From Chthonomonadales bacterium (GTDB lineage Bacteria > Armatimonadota > Chthonomonadetes > Chthonomonadales > CAJBBX01), in contig JBMFSQ010000009.1 in assembly GCA_049967475.1 (NCBI GenBank), forward strand, positions 48,322 through 112,321: a stretch of DNA of 64,000 bases, given 5' to 3'. The notes under the pieces were generated by a model. It did no database searches, had not been told where the DNA came from, and saw only the letters and a list, made by a program, of their open reading frames with translations. Position numbers and translations under genes: made by a program. Positions 39,115-49,908 of the stretch are shown here, piece after piece (the first letter of the stretch is position 1; each line of letters starts with the position of its first letter).

Positions 39115-40016
39115 AGCGCGTAGTGAGTGTGAGCCTCGGCACGTCCAAGCGCAATCGCAAGGAAGAAGCGACCTTTCTGGATGTCCCCTTCTCCATCGAG
39201 CGCATCGGCACCGACGGCGACCGGCGGCGCTTCCAGGAACTCGTGCGAGAACTGGACGGCACGATTGATTGCTTCGGGGTAGGCGGCACAGACGTCTATC
39301 TCTATGCCGGAACGAGGCGCTATACGTGCCGAGACAGTCTGAGGCTCATGCGTTACGCTCGCCACACGCCTTGGGTAGACGGCAGCGGGCTGAAGCACAC
39401 CCTGGAACGGGCAACGGTCGCCTGGCTCCAAGAGCACGGCGTGCTGGATTTCAGCCGTCTCCGCGTTCTCCTCGTGAGTGGTGTGGACCGCTTCGGGATG
39501 GGCGAGGAGCTGGCCAAGCGCGCAGCGTCTGTGGTTTATGGAGACCTCCTTTTCGGACTGGGGATCCCCATACCGGTGCGTTCGTGGAAGACCGTAGAAC
39601 GCCTTGCACGGGTGGCGTTGCCCATAATCGCCCTCTGCCCCATCGAGTGGTTCTATCCCACCGGCAAGAAGCAGGAAGTCAACACGCCGCGGCACGAACG
39701 GTATTTTGAGGAAGCCGATGTGATCGCCGGCGACTGGCATTTCATCCGGAGATACATGCCCAATCGGCTGGCCGGCAAAATCATCCTTACGCAATCGAGC
39801 CAGCCACACGAAGTGGAATTGCTGCGGGAACGGGGCGTGCACATGCTCATTACAACCACTCCGGAGATCGGCGGCGCGGCCTTCGCCACCAATGTTATGG
39901 AGGCCGTGTTGGTGACACTCCTAGGGCGCCGGCCTGAAGAGCTGACAGCCGACGATTACATGGCCAAGCTTCGCGAACTCGGGTGGACACCGCCGGTGCG
40001 GGTTTTGAACCCGTAG
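39111..40016 (+). CDS. Conserved protein of unknown function (family I recall being labelled 'quinate 5-dehydrogenase')
   Basis: MKRVVSVSLG.S.R; ERIGTDGD; VDGSGLKHTLE; VDRFGM; IAGDWH; TNVMEA; ATGA overlap with the dusB stop. Confidence 0.7.
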   Translation: MKRVVSVSLGTSKRNRKEEATFLDVPFSIERIGTDGDRRRFQELVRELDGTIDCFGVGGTDVYLYAGTRRYTCRDSLRLMRYARHTPWVDGSGLKHTLERATVAWLQEHGVLDFSRLRVLLVSGVDRFGMGEELAKRAASVVYGDLLFGLGIPIPVRSWKTVERLARVALPIIALCPIEWFYPTGKKQEVNTPRHERYFEEADVIAGDWHFIRRYMPNRLAGKIILTQSSQPHEVELLRERGVHMLITTTPEIGGAAFATNVMEAVLVTLLGRRPEELTADDYMAKLRELGWTPPVRVLNP

Positions 40017-40187
40017 ATACAGGGAAGGCCAAGGGCACCTATTTCTCGGAGGCGGTGCGCCGCAAGACACAACGGTTTTCGGGCTGCGCGGAATAGAGCT
40101 CAGCGGCAGTACGCTCGCGCCGCTCCCGCACCGAGGCTTTCCCGGTTTTGCCGAGCCGGCGCGGTCAAAATGACAAGAAAGGCTTTC

Positions 40188-41294
40188 ATGGAGAAATTCG
40201 CCTTCATCATTCATCCTTTACAAGCGCGGCGCGACGTAGCGCGCAAATACCCCGTCGCCCGCTTCATACCGGAACCTGCCCTGGAGTGGTATATGAAGCG
40301 CCGCGGCCCGATCTTGGCGGCGCACCTTACAGGCATTCGGTCCCCTACGGGGGCGGAAGCCGAAGGCTGGTTCATTGGATGCCCCCTTACTCCACGCCTT
40401 TTTCTGAGTATGCCCCTGGATGAGGTGTACGCCCGCCTCGAGGCTTGCGGGCACATGGCCGAAGAGCTGGGAGCAGGCATCGTAGGACTTGGGGCATTCA
40501 CGTCCGTGGTAGGGGATGGCGGTATCACGCTCGCCAAACGGCTGAGCATCCCGGTGACGACCGGCAACTCCTATACGGTGGCTACCGCAATCGAGGGAAC
40601 GCGTGAAGCCGCACAGATCATGGGCATCTCCGTCCCGGAAGCCACAGTGGCCGTGGTGGGTGCCACCGGATCCATCGGCGCAACGTGCGCGGAAATCATG
40701 GCCAGGGAAGCGCGTGAAATCGTCTTGGTCGGGCGGAACACCCAAAAGCTGCAAGCGCTTGAGGAGCGTCTGTCTGCACGAGGCGGTACGGCGAAGATCT
40801 CCTCGTCCATTTCCATCGCTGAAGGGCTGAAGGATGCGCAGATCGTAATCACGGTGAGCAGCGCTGTGGAAGCCATCATTCAGCCCGAGCACATCCGGCC
40901 AGGAGCCGTTGTCTGCGATGTGGCAAGGCCCCGCGATGTGTCTGCTTCGGTAGCCGCCAAGCGACGCGACGTCCTCGTAATCGAGGGAGGAGTGGTGCGG
41001 GTGCCAGGAGATATGAAATGCCTCAAGCCTGGGAGCACGCAACCCTTCAGCTTCGGCTTCCCGCCCGGCACCGCCTATGCGTGCATGTCTGAAACCATGG
41101 CCCTGGCGCTGGATCGCCGGTACGAGAGCTTCACCCTCGGCAAGGAAGTGTCGGTTGCCCAGGTAGACGAGATCAGCCGCATCTGCCGCCGCCACGGCTT
41201 CACGCTGGCGGGGTTCCGATCCTTTGAACGGGCGATTTCTGAAGACGAGATACGCCGCATTCGAGCTGCCGCAGGCATCGCCGCTGCTTCCTAG
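40188..41294 (+). CDS. Acyl-ACP-reductase-like NAD(P)-dependent oxidoreductase (COG5322-like)
   Basis: FAFIIHP; I.SPTG...GWFI; GLGAFTSVV; TTGNSYT; VVGATGSIG; DVARPRDV; YACMSE. Confidence 0.75.
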   Translation: MEKFAFIIHPLQARRDVARKYPVARFIPEPALEWYMKRRGPILAAHLTGIRSPTGAEAEGWFIGCPLTPRLFLSMPLDEVYARLEACGHMAEELGAGIVGLGAFTSVVGDGGITLAKRLSIPVTTGNSYTVATAIEGTREAAQIMGISVPEATVAVVGATGSIGATCAEIMAREAREIVLVGRNTQKLQALEERLSARGGTAKISSSISIAEGLKDAQIVITVSSAVEAIIQPEHIRPGAVVCDVARPRDVSASVAAKRRDVLVIEGGVVRVPGDMKCLKPGSTQPFSFGFPPGTAYACMSETMALALDRRYESFTLGKEVSVAQVDEISRICRRHGFTLAGFRSFERAISEDEIRRIRAAAGIAAAS

Positions 41295-41371
41295 AAGGCA
41301 CCCGGTGCTGCCGCACCGTGCATCCGAGTGGCGCTCCAGGCGCTCCACGTCGCACCCACACGCACCGCCCC

Positions 41372-43429
41372 TCACTCGGACACCAGCGGCTCGGTATACA
41401 ACTCCACCGTCTCCACGATGCGCCGGAACCACCTTCCTGTGCCGTCCAGCATCGGAAACCACCAAGCCGATGGCCGATGTTGCGTATGGACCATACTGCG
41501 CGTGGCGAGGATGGCATTGCGCACCATGGTCATTCGAGCGACCTCAGCGGCTACCTCCAACTCCTCGATGTGCCGGCGCAGCGATTGTGCTTCGGCACCC
41601 CGCTCCAGATCCAGGCGTTGTTGCTTGAGCCTGTGGATGCGCTCCAAAAGTTCGCGCCGCTGATCCAGCAGATGCGCCACTTGAGCTCCTAGCGCCTCCC
41701 GGCGGGCCAGTTCTTGGGCCGTCCACTGCTCGGTGCGGCGAAAATGATCTCCCCTCTCTCGCTCGGTGGCCACGATCTGTCGCTTGACGCCCTTGAGTTG
41801 CCCGTATAGACTGACCACCTGCGCCTGCACTTCGGCGGCGACGCTGCGCAGTTGAACCATCCGAGCCTTGGCGCGGTTGTACTCTTCCAGCCGCGCCCCC
41901 CACTCGCCGCGGTCCCGCTCCGCAAGAAAGGCCATCAGTTCACGCGGTTTGCGGATGCCCTTGAGCCTCTCGAGGAGGCGGGATTGGGCGTCAACTGCGG
42001 GCCGCCACTCTGCAGCCAATTCCCATGCTCCCACGCGAGGTCTCCCCAGTGCTGCAGCCAGATGCTCCGGCAAGTTCAGCTGGGCGCCGCATTCGGCCAT
42101 GGCGTCCCAGGTGTGGTACCGCATTCGGAGGATCGGATGCACGGCAACGTGCACTCCTCGCCGACGCAGGTAATCGTTCATCTTCCGTGTGAGACGTACG
42201 TATTCCGATCCCTCTTCATTGAACACAAACAGAAACTCGCGGGCCAGCATCGGGATCAGCGCCACGGCCTTGCCTACGAGCGTCACATGCTCCCCCAGGT
42301 GAGCCGCAAGGACCTCTGCCAGATCCCGTACGGACCGGATAGGTTTCTCGAGCGGGATGCGAATGGGCTCGGGCGTCTCTACGTGGACTGCCCGCAAAGT
42401 TACACGCAAAGTGCCTCTCCCCTGCTTGGGCAGTACAAGATCGAAGGGAAGCGCTCCCAACCCGAAACGGTCGAGGGTGTAGATCTCCGTACCTTCTACC
42501 GCATGGTTATAGGCGTCGGCAGCAAGCCGGCGTGTCCGTTCATTGAGGAAGAGATCCACAAATTCGAACCGCGGCAGGTGTGCAGTGTCTGGGGAAAGCA
42601 GCAGCAGGTGGGCCGTGCAGTTCACCTGGATGCCCGGCGGGTCGCCCTCCAACAGAAGCTGGTACAGGCAAGGAAGAAGGTGCTGGTACAGGTCGGTGAG
42701 CATGGCATCGGGATGCGCGTCCCGGTAATCCCGAACCCACTTTAACAGCCGGTCCGCCAAAGCCCGTGCATGGGCCTTGGTGGATGGATCTGCGATCGTT
42801 TCGAGGGTGCCCTCGAAGCCCCATTGCAGCATCTCCTCCACGGCACTGCCCATGAGCCTGAGGGGCAAATGGTGCACAATCAAATTGCGGGAACCGGTGT
42901 ATACGAGCCCGCGCCACCCCCATGCCTCGGTCACCTGGTTGAGAAAAGTCTGGGGATCCTGGGCATGGTGCCGCATGATCCTGGCCAAAGGTACCCCGTG
43001 CCGCAATAAGTCCTGCCTGGTGGGGATGCACTCTGCTCCAAAGAGGCGCGAAATCTCACCTGCTGCAGACCACAATTCCTTGGTTGAACCGTCGTTGTGC
43101 GGCATCAGTTCGAAGCGCGACTGGCCCGCCTGCCGCACCTTCAACTTGGCAAAATAGTCCGTGTCATGGATGCCCACGGTCATGGAACCGCCTAGGCCCC
43201 CGGCTTGCAGCAGGCAGCACAAAACGGCCTTCATCGGCTCGTCCCACCAAATCGTCTGACCCAAAGCGAGGAAGGGGGTATCGGGATACCTATGGCGCAG
43301 GTCCCGCAGCAACTCCAGGGCGGCAGGCGGCGCCGACACGCGAGTGCAGGTTCCACACGGAAGATGGTGAACGGGAACTACAGTGTGGGTGGCGCAGCCA
43401 GAACAATCAGAGGGTTCGTCGTTAGGCAA
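41372..43429 (-). CDS. Hypothetical protein with C-terminal coiled coil; possible remote BshC-like fold
   Basis: 685-aa ORF; LALGQT...K, HDTDY, FVFNEEGSEY, long coiled coil, QHRPS near the C-terminus. Confidence 0.6.
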   Translation of the reverse strand: MPNDEPSDCSGCATHTVVPVHHLPCGTCTRVSAPPAALELLRDLRHRYPDTPFLALGQTIWWDEPMKAVLCCLLQAGGLGGSMTVGIHDTDYFAKLKVRQAGQSRFELMPHNDGSTKELWSAAGEISRLFGAECIPTRQDLLRHGVPLARIMRHHAQDPQTFLNQVTEAWGWRGLVYTGSRNLIVHHLPLRLMGSAVEEMLQWGFEGTLETIADPSTKAHARALADRLLKWVRDYRDAHPDAMLTDLYQHLLPCLYQLLLEGDPPGIQVNCTAHLLLLSPDTAHLPRFEFVDLFLNERTRRLAADAYNHAVEGTEIYTLDRFGLGALPFDLVLPKQGRGTLRVTLRAVHVETPEPIRIPLEKPIRSVRDLAEVLAAHLGEHVTLVGKAVALIPMLAREFLFVFNEEGSEYVRLTRKMNDYLRRRGVHVAVHPILRMRYHTWDAMAECGAQLNLPEHLAAALGRPRVGAWELAAEWRPAVDAQSRLLERLKGIRKPRELMAFLAERDRGEWGARLEEYNRAKARMVQLRSVAAEVQAQVVSLYGQLKGVKRQIVATERERGDHFRRTEQWTAQELARREALGAQVAHLLDQRRELLERIHRLKQQRLDLERGAEAQSLRRHIEELEVAAEVARMTMVRNAILATRSMVHTQHRPSAWWFPMLDGTGRWFRRIVETVELYTEPLVSE

Positions 43430-43605
43430 GGGGTTGGCTCCAATGCAAGGATTTCGGTGCGGTATGTCTGGCGGCGCGGCCCTTCGCAGCTTCCATTACG
43501 CCGCTCGCCGGCCTGGAGTTCCGCACCTCGCGAGGCATACGGCCAAACCGCGTTGGCTGCAGCGCCCCATCTGCCATTCCAGCCTGAGGCTCTTCGCTCC
43601 TCCGC

Positions 43606-44568
43606 TTATATGCCGAATTCCAACGTGTCATGATTGCGTGCGCTCCTGCGGTGCTTTGTCCGGGTCAGCCCATGCGCATAAAAGGAACACACTTCGTCTA
43701 CGTGGGGACCGTACGCTTCGCCGAAGTGGTTCAAATGGATCAAGAGTGGGTAAAGCTGGTGGAGCGGGCGGCGGTAGGCGTACCCCTCGGGCAAGGGGAA
43801 GGACCTGCAGTAACCATCCATGAAGCCCTTCGGGAAGCCGCCGAACAGTTCGATATAGGCCAATTCCACTTCCCGGTGGCCGTAATAGACCGCCGGATCT
43901 ACCAGCACAGCCTCGTTTCCCGCCGAGAGGAAATTGCCGCTCCACAAATCGCCATGGATCAGGCAGGGTTCCTCCGGAATGCCCTGCAGGAGGTCGTCCA
44001 CTTCTTCGAGAATGGTTTGCAGTGCGGCTTCACGCCGTGGGGGCAGGAGCCCCAGCCGGCGGGCCCGCTCGATTTGAGGGACAAGCCTGCATTCGCGATA
44101 GAACCGGCTCCAAGCAGCGTGCGGTGTGTTGCACTGGGGCTCTGCACCGAGGAAGTTGTTATACTCCAACCCGTATGCGCCAAAGGGCGAGGGAGCCTCT
44201 GCGTGCAGGCGGGCGAGCCCCTCCCCAAAGCGCCTGCCGAAGGAAGCTTCGTCGCCCGGGGCTCTATGCTCGATGAATTCCAATGCGAGATAGGGTGTGC
44301 CGCCCGTGCTCGAAGCCGCATCCTTCCACGCGATCACCCGAGGAACCCGCAAAGCTCCAACCGCCCCGAGGAGTTCGAGACCGGCTGCCTCCGCCCGAAA
44401 GAAGCCCGGCGCTGCACCGTGGCGCCATTTCACGAAGATGTCGCCTCTGTCGGTATGAACCCGGGCAGCGTGGCAGATCATGCCGCCTGCCGCCGGCGCC
44501 GAGCCTTGCACGGAGACGCCCAAATCAGCCTTCAATTGATGCATGAGCGAACGCGGCAATACGCTCAA
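43606..44568 (-). CDS. Fructosamine/ketosamine-3-kinase family protein
   Basis: GGMI..A; FVK; AEAAGL; LIHGDLWSGN; DPAVYYGHRE.ELA; LYPLLIHLNHFG; TTG start overlapping the PTP stop. Confidence 0.92.
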   Translation of the reverse strand: MSVLPRSLMHQLKADLGVSVQGSAPAAGGMICHAARVHTDRGDIFVKWRHGAAPGFFRAEAAGLELLGAVGALRVPRVIAWKDAASSTGGTPYLALEFIEHRAPGDEASFGRRFGEGLARLHAEAPSPFGAYGLEYNNFLGAEPQCNTPHAAWSRFYRECRLVPQIERARRLGLLPPRREAALQTILEEVDDLLQGIPEEPCLIHGDLWSGNFLSAGNEAVLVDPAVYYGHREVELAYIELFGGFPKGFMDGYCRSFPLPEGYAYRRPLHQLYPLLIHLNHFGEAYGPHVDEVCSFYAHGLTRTKHRRSARNHDTLEFGI

Positions 44569-45035
44569 CGGGCGGCCTCCTGCAAGATCGCTTCCAGCAA
44601 TCCCCTGCATCCATCCCACACGATCTCGAAGACGCGGTCAAATCCTCCGGTGTAGTAGGGATCCGGAACACCATCCACGCCAGGCGTTCGTACATAATCG
44701 GCTAACCGCACAAGGCGGCCTCGAGGGCGCCCCATGGCCACGAGATCTTGGTAATTCTCGTCGTCCATAGCAACCACCCAATCGAAGTATTCCAAGTCCT
44801 TCGGCGACACCTGGCGTGCACGGCCGCTGCATGCGATGCCGTGGGATGCAAGCACATTCCGGGTACCGGGATGGGGCGGCTCACCGACGTGCCAAAAGCC
44901 GGTACCGGCGGAATCAATCTCGAACTCGCCGGCTAACCCTTCCTGGTTCACCATATGCCGGAAGACAGCTTCGGCCATAGGAGACCGGCAAATATTGCCC
45001 AAACAAACGAAAAGAACGCGGATCATGTGGTTCAT
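44565..45035 (-). CDS. Low-molecular-weight protein tyrosine phosphatase
   Basis: VCLGNICRSP; DSAGT; AMD; VPDPYY. Confidence 0.95.
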   Translation of the reverse strand: MNHMIRVLFVCLGNICRSPMAEAVFRHMVNQEGLAGEFEIDSAGTGFWHVGEPPHPGTRNVLASHGIACSGRARQVSPKDLEYFDWVVAMDDENYQDLVAMGRPRGRLVRLADYVRTPGVDGVPDPYYTGGFDRVFEIVWDGCRGLLEAILQEAAR

Positions 45036-45177
45036 GGATCAGCATGAGCATACCCTATAGCCGTGCCCACGGCAGTTACGACCGCGGCTAAAGAAATATC
45101 TGAGCCACTTGATCGAACAAGTCCACTTCTTCGCGTCCATGAACGGAACCCACGGGGTATACTGTGCAGCAGCATAA

Positions 45178-46509
<1,332 letters not shown>

Positions 46510-46701
46510 GAGCATGACACCAAGCGAGAGCCGGTCCGTGCAGGCAGCTCCTCGAACCCTGACGGCTGCCGTGCTGTGACAATAGGGGCGGCGCGCTATG
46601 CCGCCATCTCTTTGCACCCCTTACCGAAAGCGGCTCGGAGAGATGAGCGCCCACAGCCTACGCCGGCTTCTGCCCGGCAGGATATGCCGTTCAGCAAGAG
46701 T

Positions 46702-47238
46702 TCATTTTGCAGGGCGGCCCGCCGGCGCCGCTTCCGGCGACAGTTCCCGCTCGGCGTGGGTGGCGAACTCTGTTGCAACCTGCCCGTTGAGCCTCATGCG
46801 CACCGCCATCTCGGTCCGCACATTGCCGGGTTGTTGGGTCACGAGCTTGTATTCCAATACCACGTCCGTAGGCTGGGCATTTTGCCGAGGCTTGTAATAA
46901 GTAAATTCCGGCCCACTGGGGTCATGGCTGAAGTGCAGGTCGGCCTTGGTAAGATACTTCGGCGCCAGCGCATCGAGCTTGTCCGGATATTTCCCGGTCT
47001 TTTGGTGGTACCGATGCAAGGCATCATTGACGCGGCCCATCTCATATTGAAGGGCGGACACGTCCTGCGCCATGCGGGATGCGGCACCAAACGCCGTTTT
47101 AATCCGGGGCCACATAACGATCACAAGCACCGCGAATACGACCACCACCAAGGCGCACCCGATGCCGCAGGAGAGTGCGCCCCACTTCCAGCAACCCCCG
47201 CCCCCGCCCGAAGGAGCAGGCGGCACTATATCGCTCAT
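46702..47238 (-). CDS. Single-TM protein with pseudopilin(GspG)-like extracytoplasmic helix
   Basis: Cys-rich anchor GCWKWGALSCGIGCALVVVV; AL.RY...TGKYP..L..L.PKYL. Confidence 0.6.
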   Translation of the reverse strand: MSDIVPPAPSGGGGGCWKWGALSCGIGCALVVVVFAVLVIVMWPRIKTAFGAASRMAQDVSALQYEMGRVNDALHRYHQKTGKYPDKLDALAPKYLTKADLHFSHDPSGPEFTYYKPRQNAQPTDVVLEYKLVTQQPGNVRTEMAVRMRLNGQVATEFATHAERELSPEAAPAGRPAK

Positions 47239-47324
47239 TCCCTTCTCCCCTCTACACCCAGGTTCATGGGTACATAATAAGGGACTGAAGGATTTGCGTC
47301 AACCCCGGCGACGGGTGCTGCCTC

Positions 47325-47708
47325 ATGAAAACACCTCGTACAGTGACACAGTGGATCGTACTCGCTGCGGGTGCGGCTGTGCTGGGCGGATATATGGCTT
47401 CCGGGGTCGTTCGCAGAATGGCGCGCGAGCGGCACATCCAGGAATTCGCCGGAGCGCCGGCCGCCTACAGTACGGCTACGGTCCTCTCTGTGGTACGCGA
47501 AGGCGGATCGCAAACAGGCAGTTCCGGAGGAGCTTGGGCGCTCGTGCGCTTCCGGGGCCGCATCTACACCGCGCGCAGCGCCGTGGAGCCGGAGCTGCTG
47601 CAGCCGGGACAAGAGGCCCGCATCGTGTACCGCACCGGAAGAAGCGGCCGCATCGCCATCGAACGTGTAGAACCACTCTCCGTTCGACCCATGGGCCCTG
47701 GCAAATAG
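47325..47708 (+). CDS. Small membrane-anchored hypothetical protein
   Basis: N-terminal TM followed by a short beta-rich domain. Confidence 0.55.
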   Translation: MKTPRTVTQWIVLAAGAAVLGGYMASGVVRRMARERHIQEFAGAPAAYSTATVLSVVREGGSQTGSSGGAWALVRFRGRIYTARSAVEPELLQPGQEARIVYRTGRSGRIAIERVEPLSVRPMGPGK

Positions 47709-47712
47709 CCTC

Positions 47713-48633
47713 TTACACTTTCTCGGCGGCCACGGGGTTGGTGAGGGTACCCACTCTGTCTATGCTCACCTCTACCACGTCCCCAGGCTTTAGGAACACC
47801 GGCGGATCCCGGAATACCCCAACTCCTCCGGGCGTCCCCGTACTGATGATGTCTCCCGGCTCCAGCGTCATCACCTGGGATAGAAAACTCACAAGGTACC
47901 CTACACCGAAGACCAGGTTCCGCGTGTTGGATTGCTGCATCACGCGCCCATTGAGCGTAAGGCGGATATCCAGTTCGTGGGGGTTGCTCACCTCATCAGG
48001 CGTAACGAGGGCCGGTCCGGTGGGAGCAAAGGTGTCGAAGCTCTTGCCGCGCACCCACTGTCCGTCCCCGAATTGGATGTCCCGTGCAGAGACGTCATTG
48101 AAGCAAACGTACCCGGCAATGTGCCGCATGGCATCCGCCTCGGCGATGTACCGGCCGCCGGCGCCTATCACAAAGGCAAGTTCTGCCTCGTAATCCACTT
48201 GGTTGGAAAGTTTGGGGATGCGGATGGCTTCATGGGGGCCGATCAAGGCTGTGGCAAACTTGGCGAAGATGATGGGGCGCGCCGGAATGGGTCGGTGCTG
48301 CTCTTCACAGTGATCCCTGTAGTTCTGACCGACGCAGATGATCTTGCCGGGATCTCCTACCGGTGGACACAATCGGACGGAGCTCAGCGAAAACGCAGCC
48401 GGCGGGTCCAAAGGCATCGTTTGGAAACGCTCCAGAATGCCCTTGGCAGCCTCGAGCGCAGGCGAACCCTCCGCCAGAAAGGCACGCATAGATTGAGGAA
48501 AGCGGGCTCGATCCAGCCCCAAAATCCGCGCCGCAGCTTCCAGGTCCACCACGCGCGCTCCATCGCTTCCTGGCTCCCCGTTCAACACACCGATGCGCGC
48601 CCCATCCCCGGCGTCAAACCGAACGAGCTTCAC
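47713..48633 (-). CDS. Fumarylacetoacetate hydrolase family protein
   Basis: KIICVGQNY..H; DYEAEL; NDVSARD; GKSFDTF.P.GP; PGDIISTGTP.GVG. Confidence 0.93.
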   Translation of the reverse strand: MKLVRFDAGDGARIGVLNGEPGSDGARVVDLEAAARILGLDRARFPQSMRAFLAEGSPALEAAKGILERFQTMPLDPPAAFSLSSVRLCPPVGDPGKIICVGQNYRDHCEEQHRPIPARPIIFAKFATALIGPHEAIRIPKLSNQVDYEAELAFVIGAGGRYIAEADAMRHIAGYVCFNDVSARDIQFGDGQWVRGKSFDTFAPTGPALVTPDEVSNPHELDIRLTLNGRVMQQSNTRNLVFGVGYLVSFLSQVMTLEPGDIISTGTPGGVGVFRDPPVFLKPGDVVEVSIDRVGTLTNPVAAEKV

Positions 48634-48668
48634 CGAGCATCCTCCTGCAACCTCTCGCCTTCCGACGA

Positions 48669-49844
48669 TTACCTTACGCGACTTGCGCCGGCCGACGCCG
48701 TGCATATCAGTACATCGGGACTTTGGCCCACAGATCGGCTATACCGCGCATCGAGGTGGTCCCGGAACTCCGCCAAGGCATCCTTGTGAACGAGACTCAC
48801 CGTGCAGCCTCCAAAACCCGCACCCGTCATTCTTGACCCAACCACGCCTTCCACTTCCAAGGCCGCCTCCACAAGCAGATCCAACTCGGGCGTCGAAACT
48901 TCATAATCATCGCGGAGGGATCGGTGCGATTCCGTCATGAGGGCGCCAAAGCGCGCCAGGTCCCGGTTCTTCAATGCCGCCACGCTTCGGAGCACGCGCC
49001 CATTCTCGGTGATTACGTGGCGGGCGCGTCGCCGCAGCACGTCGGGCAGGTCGTCAGCCAAATGAGCGAACAACTCCTCATCCACGTCTCGGAGGGCTCG
49101 GATCCAGGGCATATACGCGCGGATCGCCTCCACGGCAGCCTCACATTCGGCTCGGCGCGTATTGTACGCAGAATGTACGAGCGATCGGCGCTTTCCCGTG
49201 TCCGCCACGGCGATGGCGTATCCGTGATCCCCTAGGGGCACTGCCTCAAAATCCAAACTCCTCGTGTCCAGGAATAGAGCGTGCCCCTCCCGCCCGAGGC
49301 TGCACACGAATTGGTCCATGATGCCGCACTGCACGCCCACAAACTCGCGCTCTGCACGACGGCAAAGCAGGGCTCGCGCCACCGGTCCTACGTCAAAGCC
49401 GCTCGCCGCTTCGAAGGCCAGGCACGATGCCACCTCCAAAGCTGCAGAAGACGACAGGCCGCTTCCGATTGGGATATCGCCATCAACGCAAAGGTCCAAC
49501 CCCACTAAGGAATGCTTCTCTCCCTGAAGGATCTGGGCTACACCGCGGATGTAGTTGGACCACGGCCACCGGTCTGAAGGAGAAAGATCATCCAGATTGA
49601 ACTCGCAGCGTTCGCCGAAGGTGCCGGAATAGGCCCGCACCATGCGGTCGGCACGCGGCTCAGCAGCGATGGCGATGGTGCGGTCTATGGCCGTAGGGAG
49701 CACGTAACCGTCGTTGTAGTCGGTGTGTTCTCCAATCAGATTGACGCGGCCTGGGGCCAGAACCACAAATCGAGGATCCTTCCCGTAGGCGCTGCGGAAG
49801 GAGGTTGTCACGAGATCTGCCATATCCATAGATGCATATTCCAT
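48669..49844 (-). CDS. galK: Galactokinase
   Basis: APGRVNLIGEHTDYN; PIGSGLSSSAA; CGIMDQ; SRMTGAGFGGC; exact start uncertain. Confidence 0.95.
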   Translation of the reverse strand: MEYASMDMADLVTTSFRSAYGKDPRFVVLAPGRVNLIGEHTDYNDGYVLPTAIDRTIAIAAEPRADRMVRAYSGTFGERCEFNLDDLSPSDRWPWSNYIRGVAQILQGEKHSLVGLDLCVDGDIPIGSGLSSSAALEVASCLAFEAASGFDVGPVARALLCRRAEREFVGVQCGIMDQFVCSLGREGHALFLDTRSLDFEAVPLGDHGYAIAVADTGKRRSLVHSAYNTRRAECEAAVEAIRAYMPWIRALRDVDEELFAHLADDLPDVLRRRARHVITENGRVLRSVAALKNRDLARFGALMTESHRSLRDDYEVSTPELDLLVEAALEVEGVVGSRMTGAGFGGCTVSLVHKDALAEFRDHLDARYSRSVGQSPDVLICTASAGASRVR

Positions 49845-49908
49845 CCGACATTCAAAGGTGCCGGCGCGCGAACCTGCCCCGTAGCATACATCCAGCCAAA
49901 AAGCGCGG

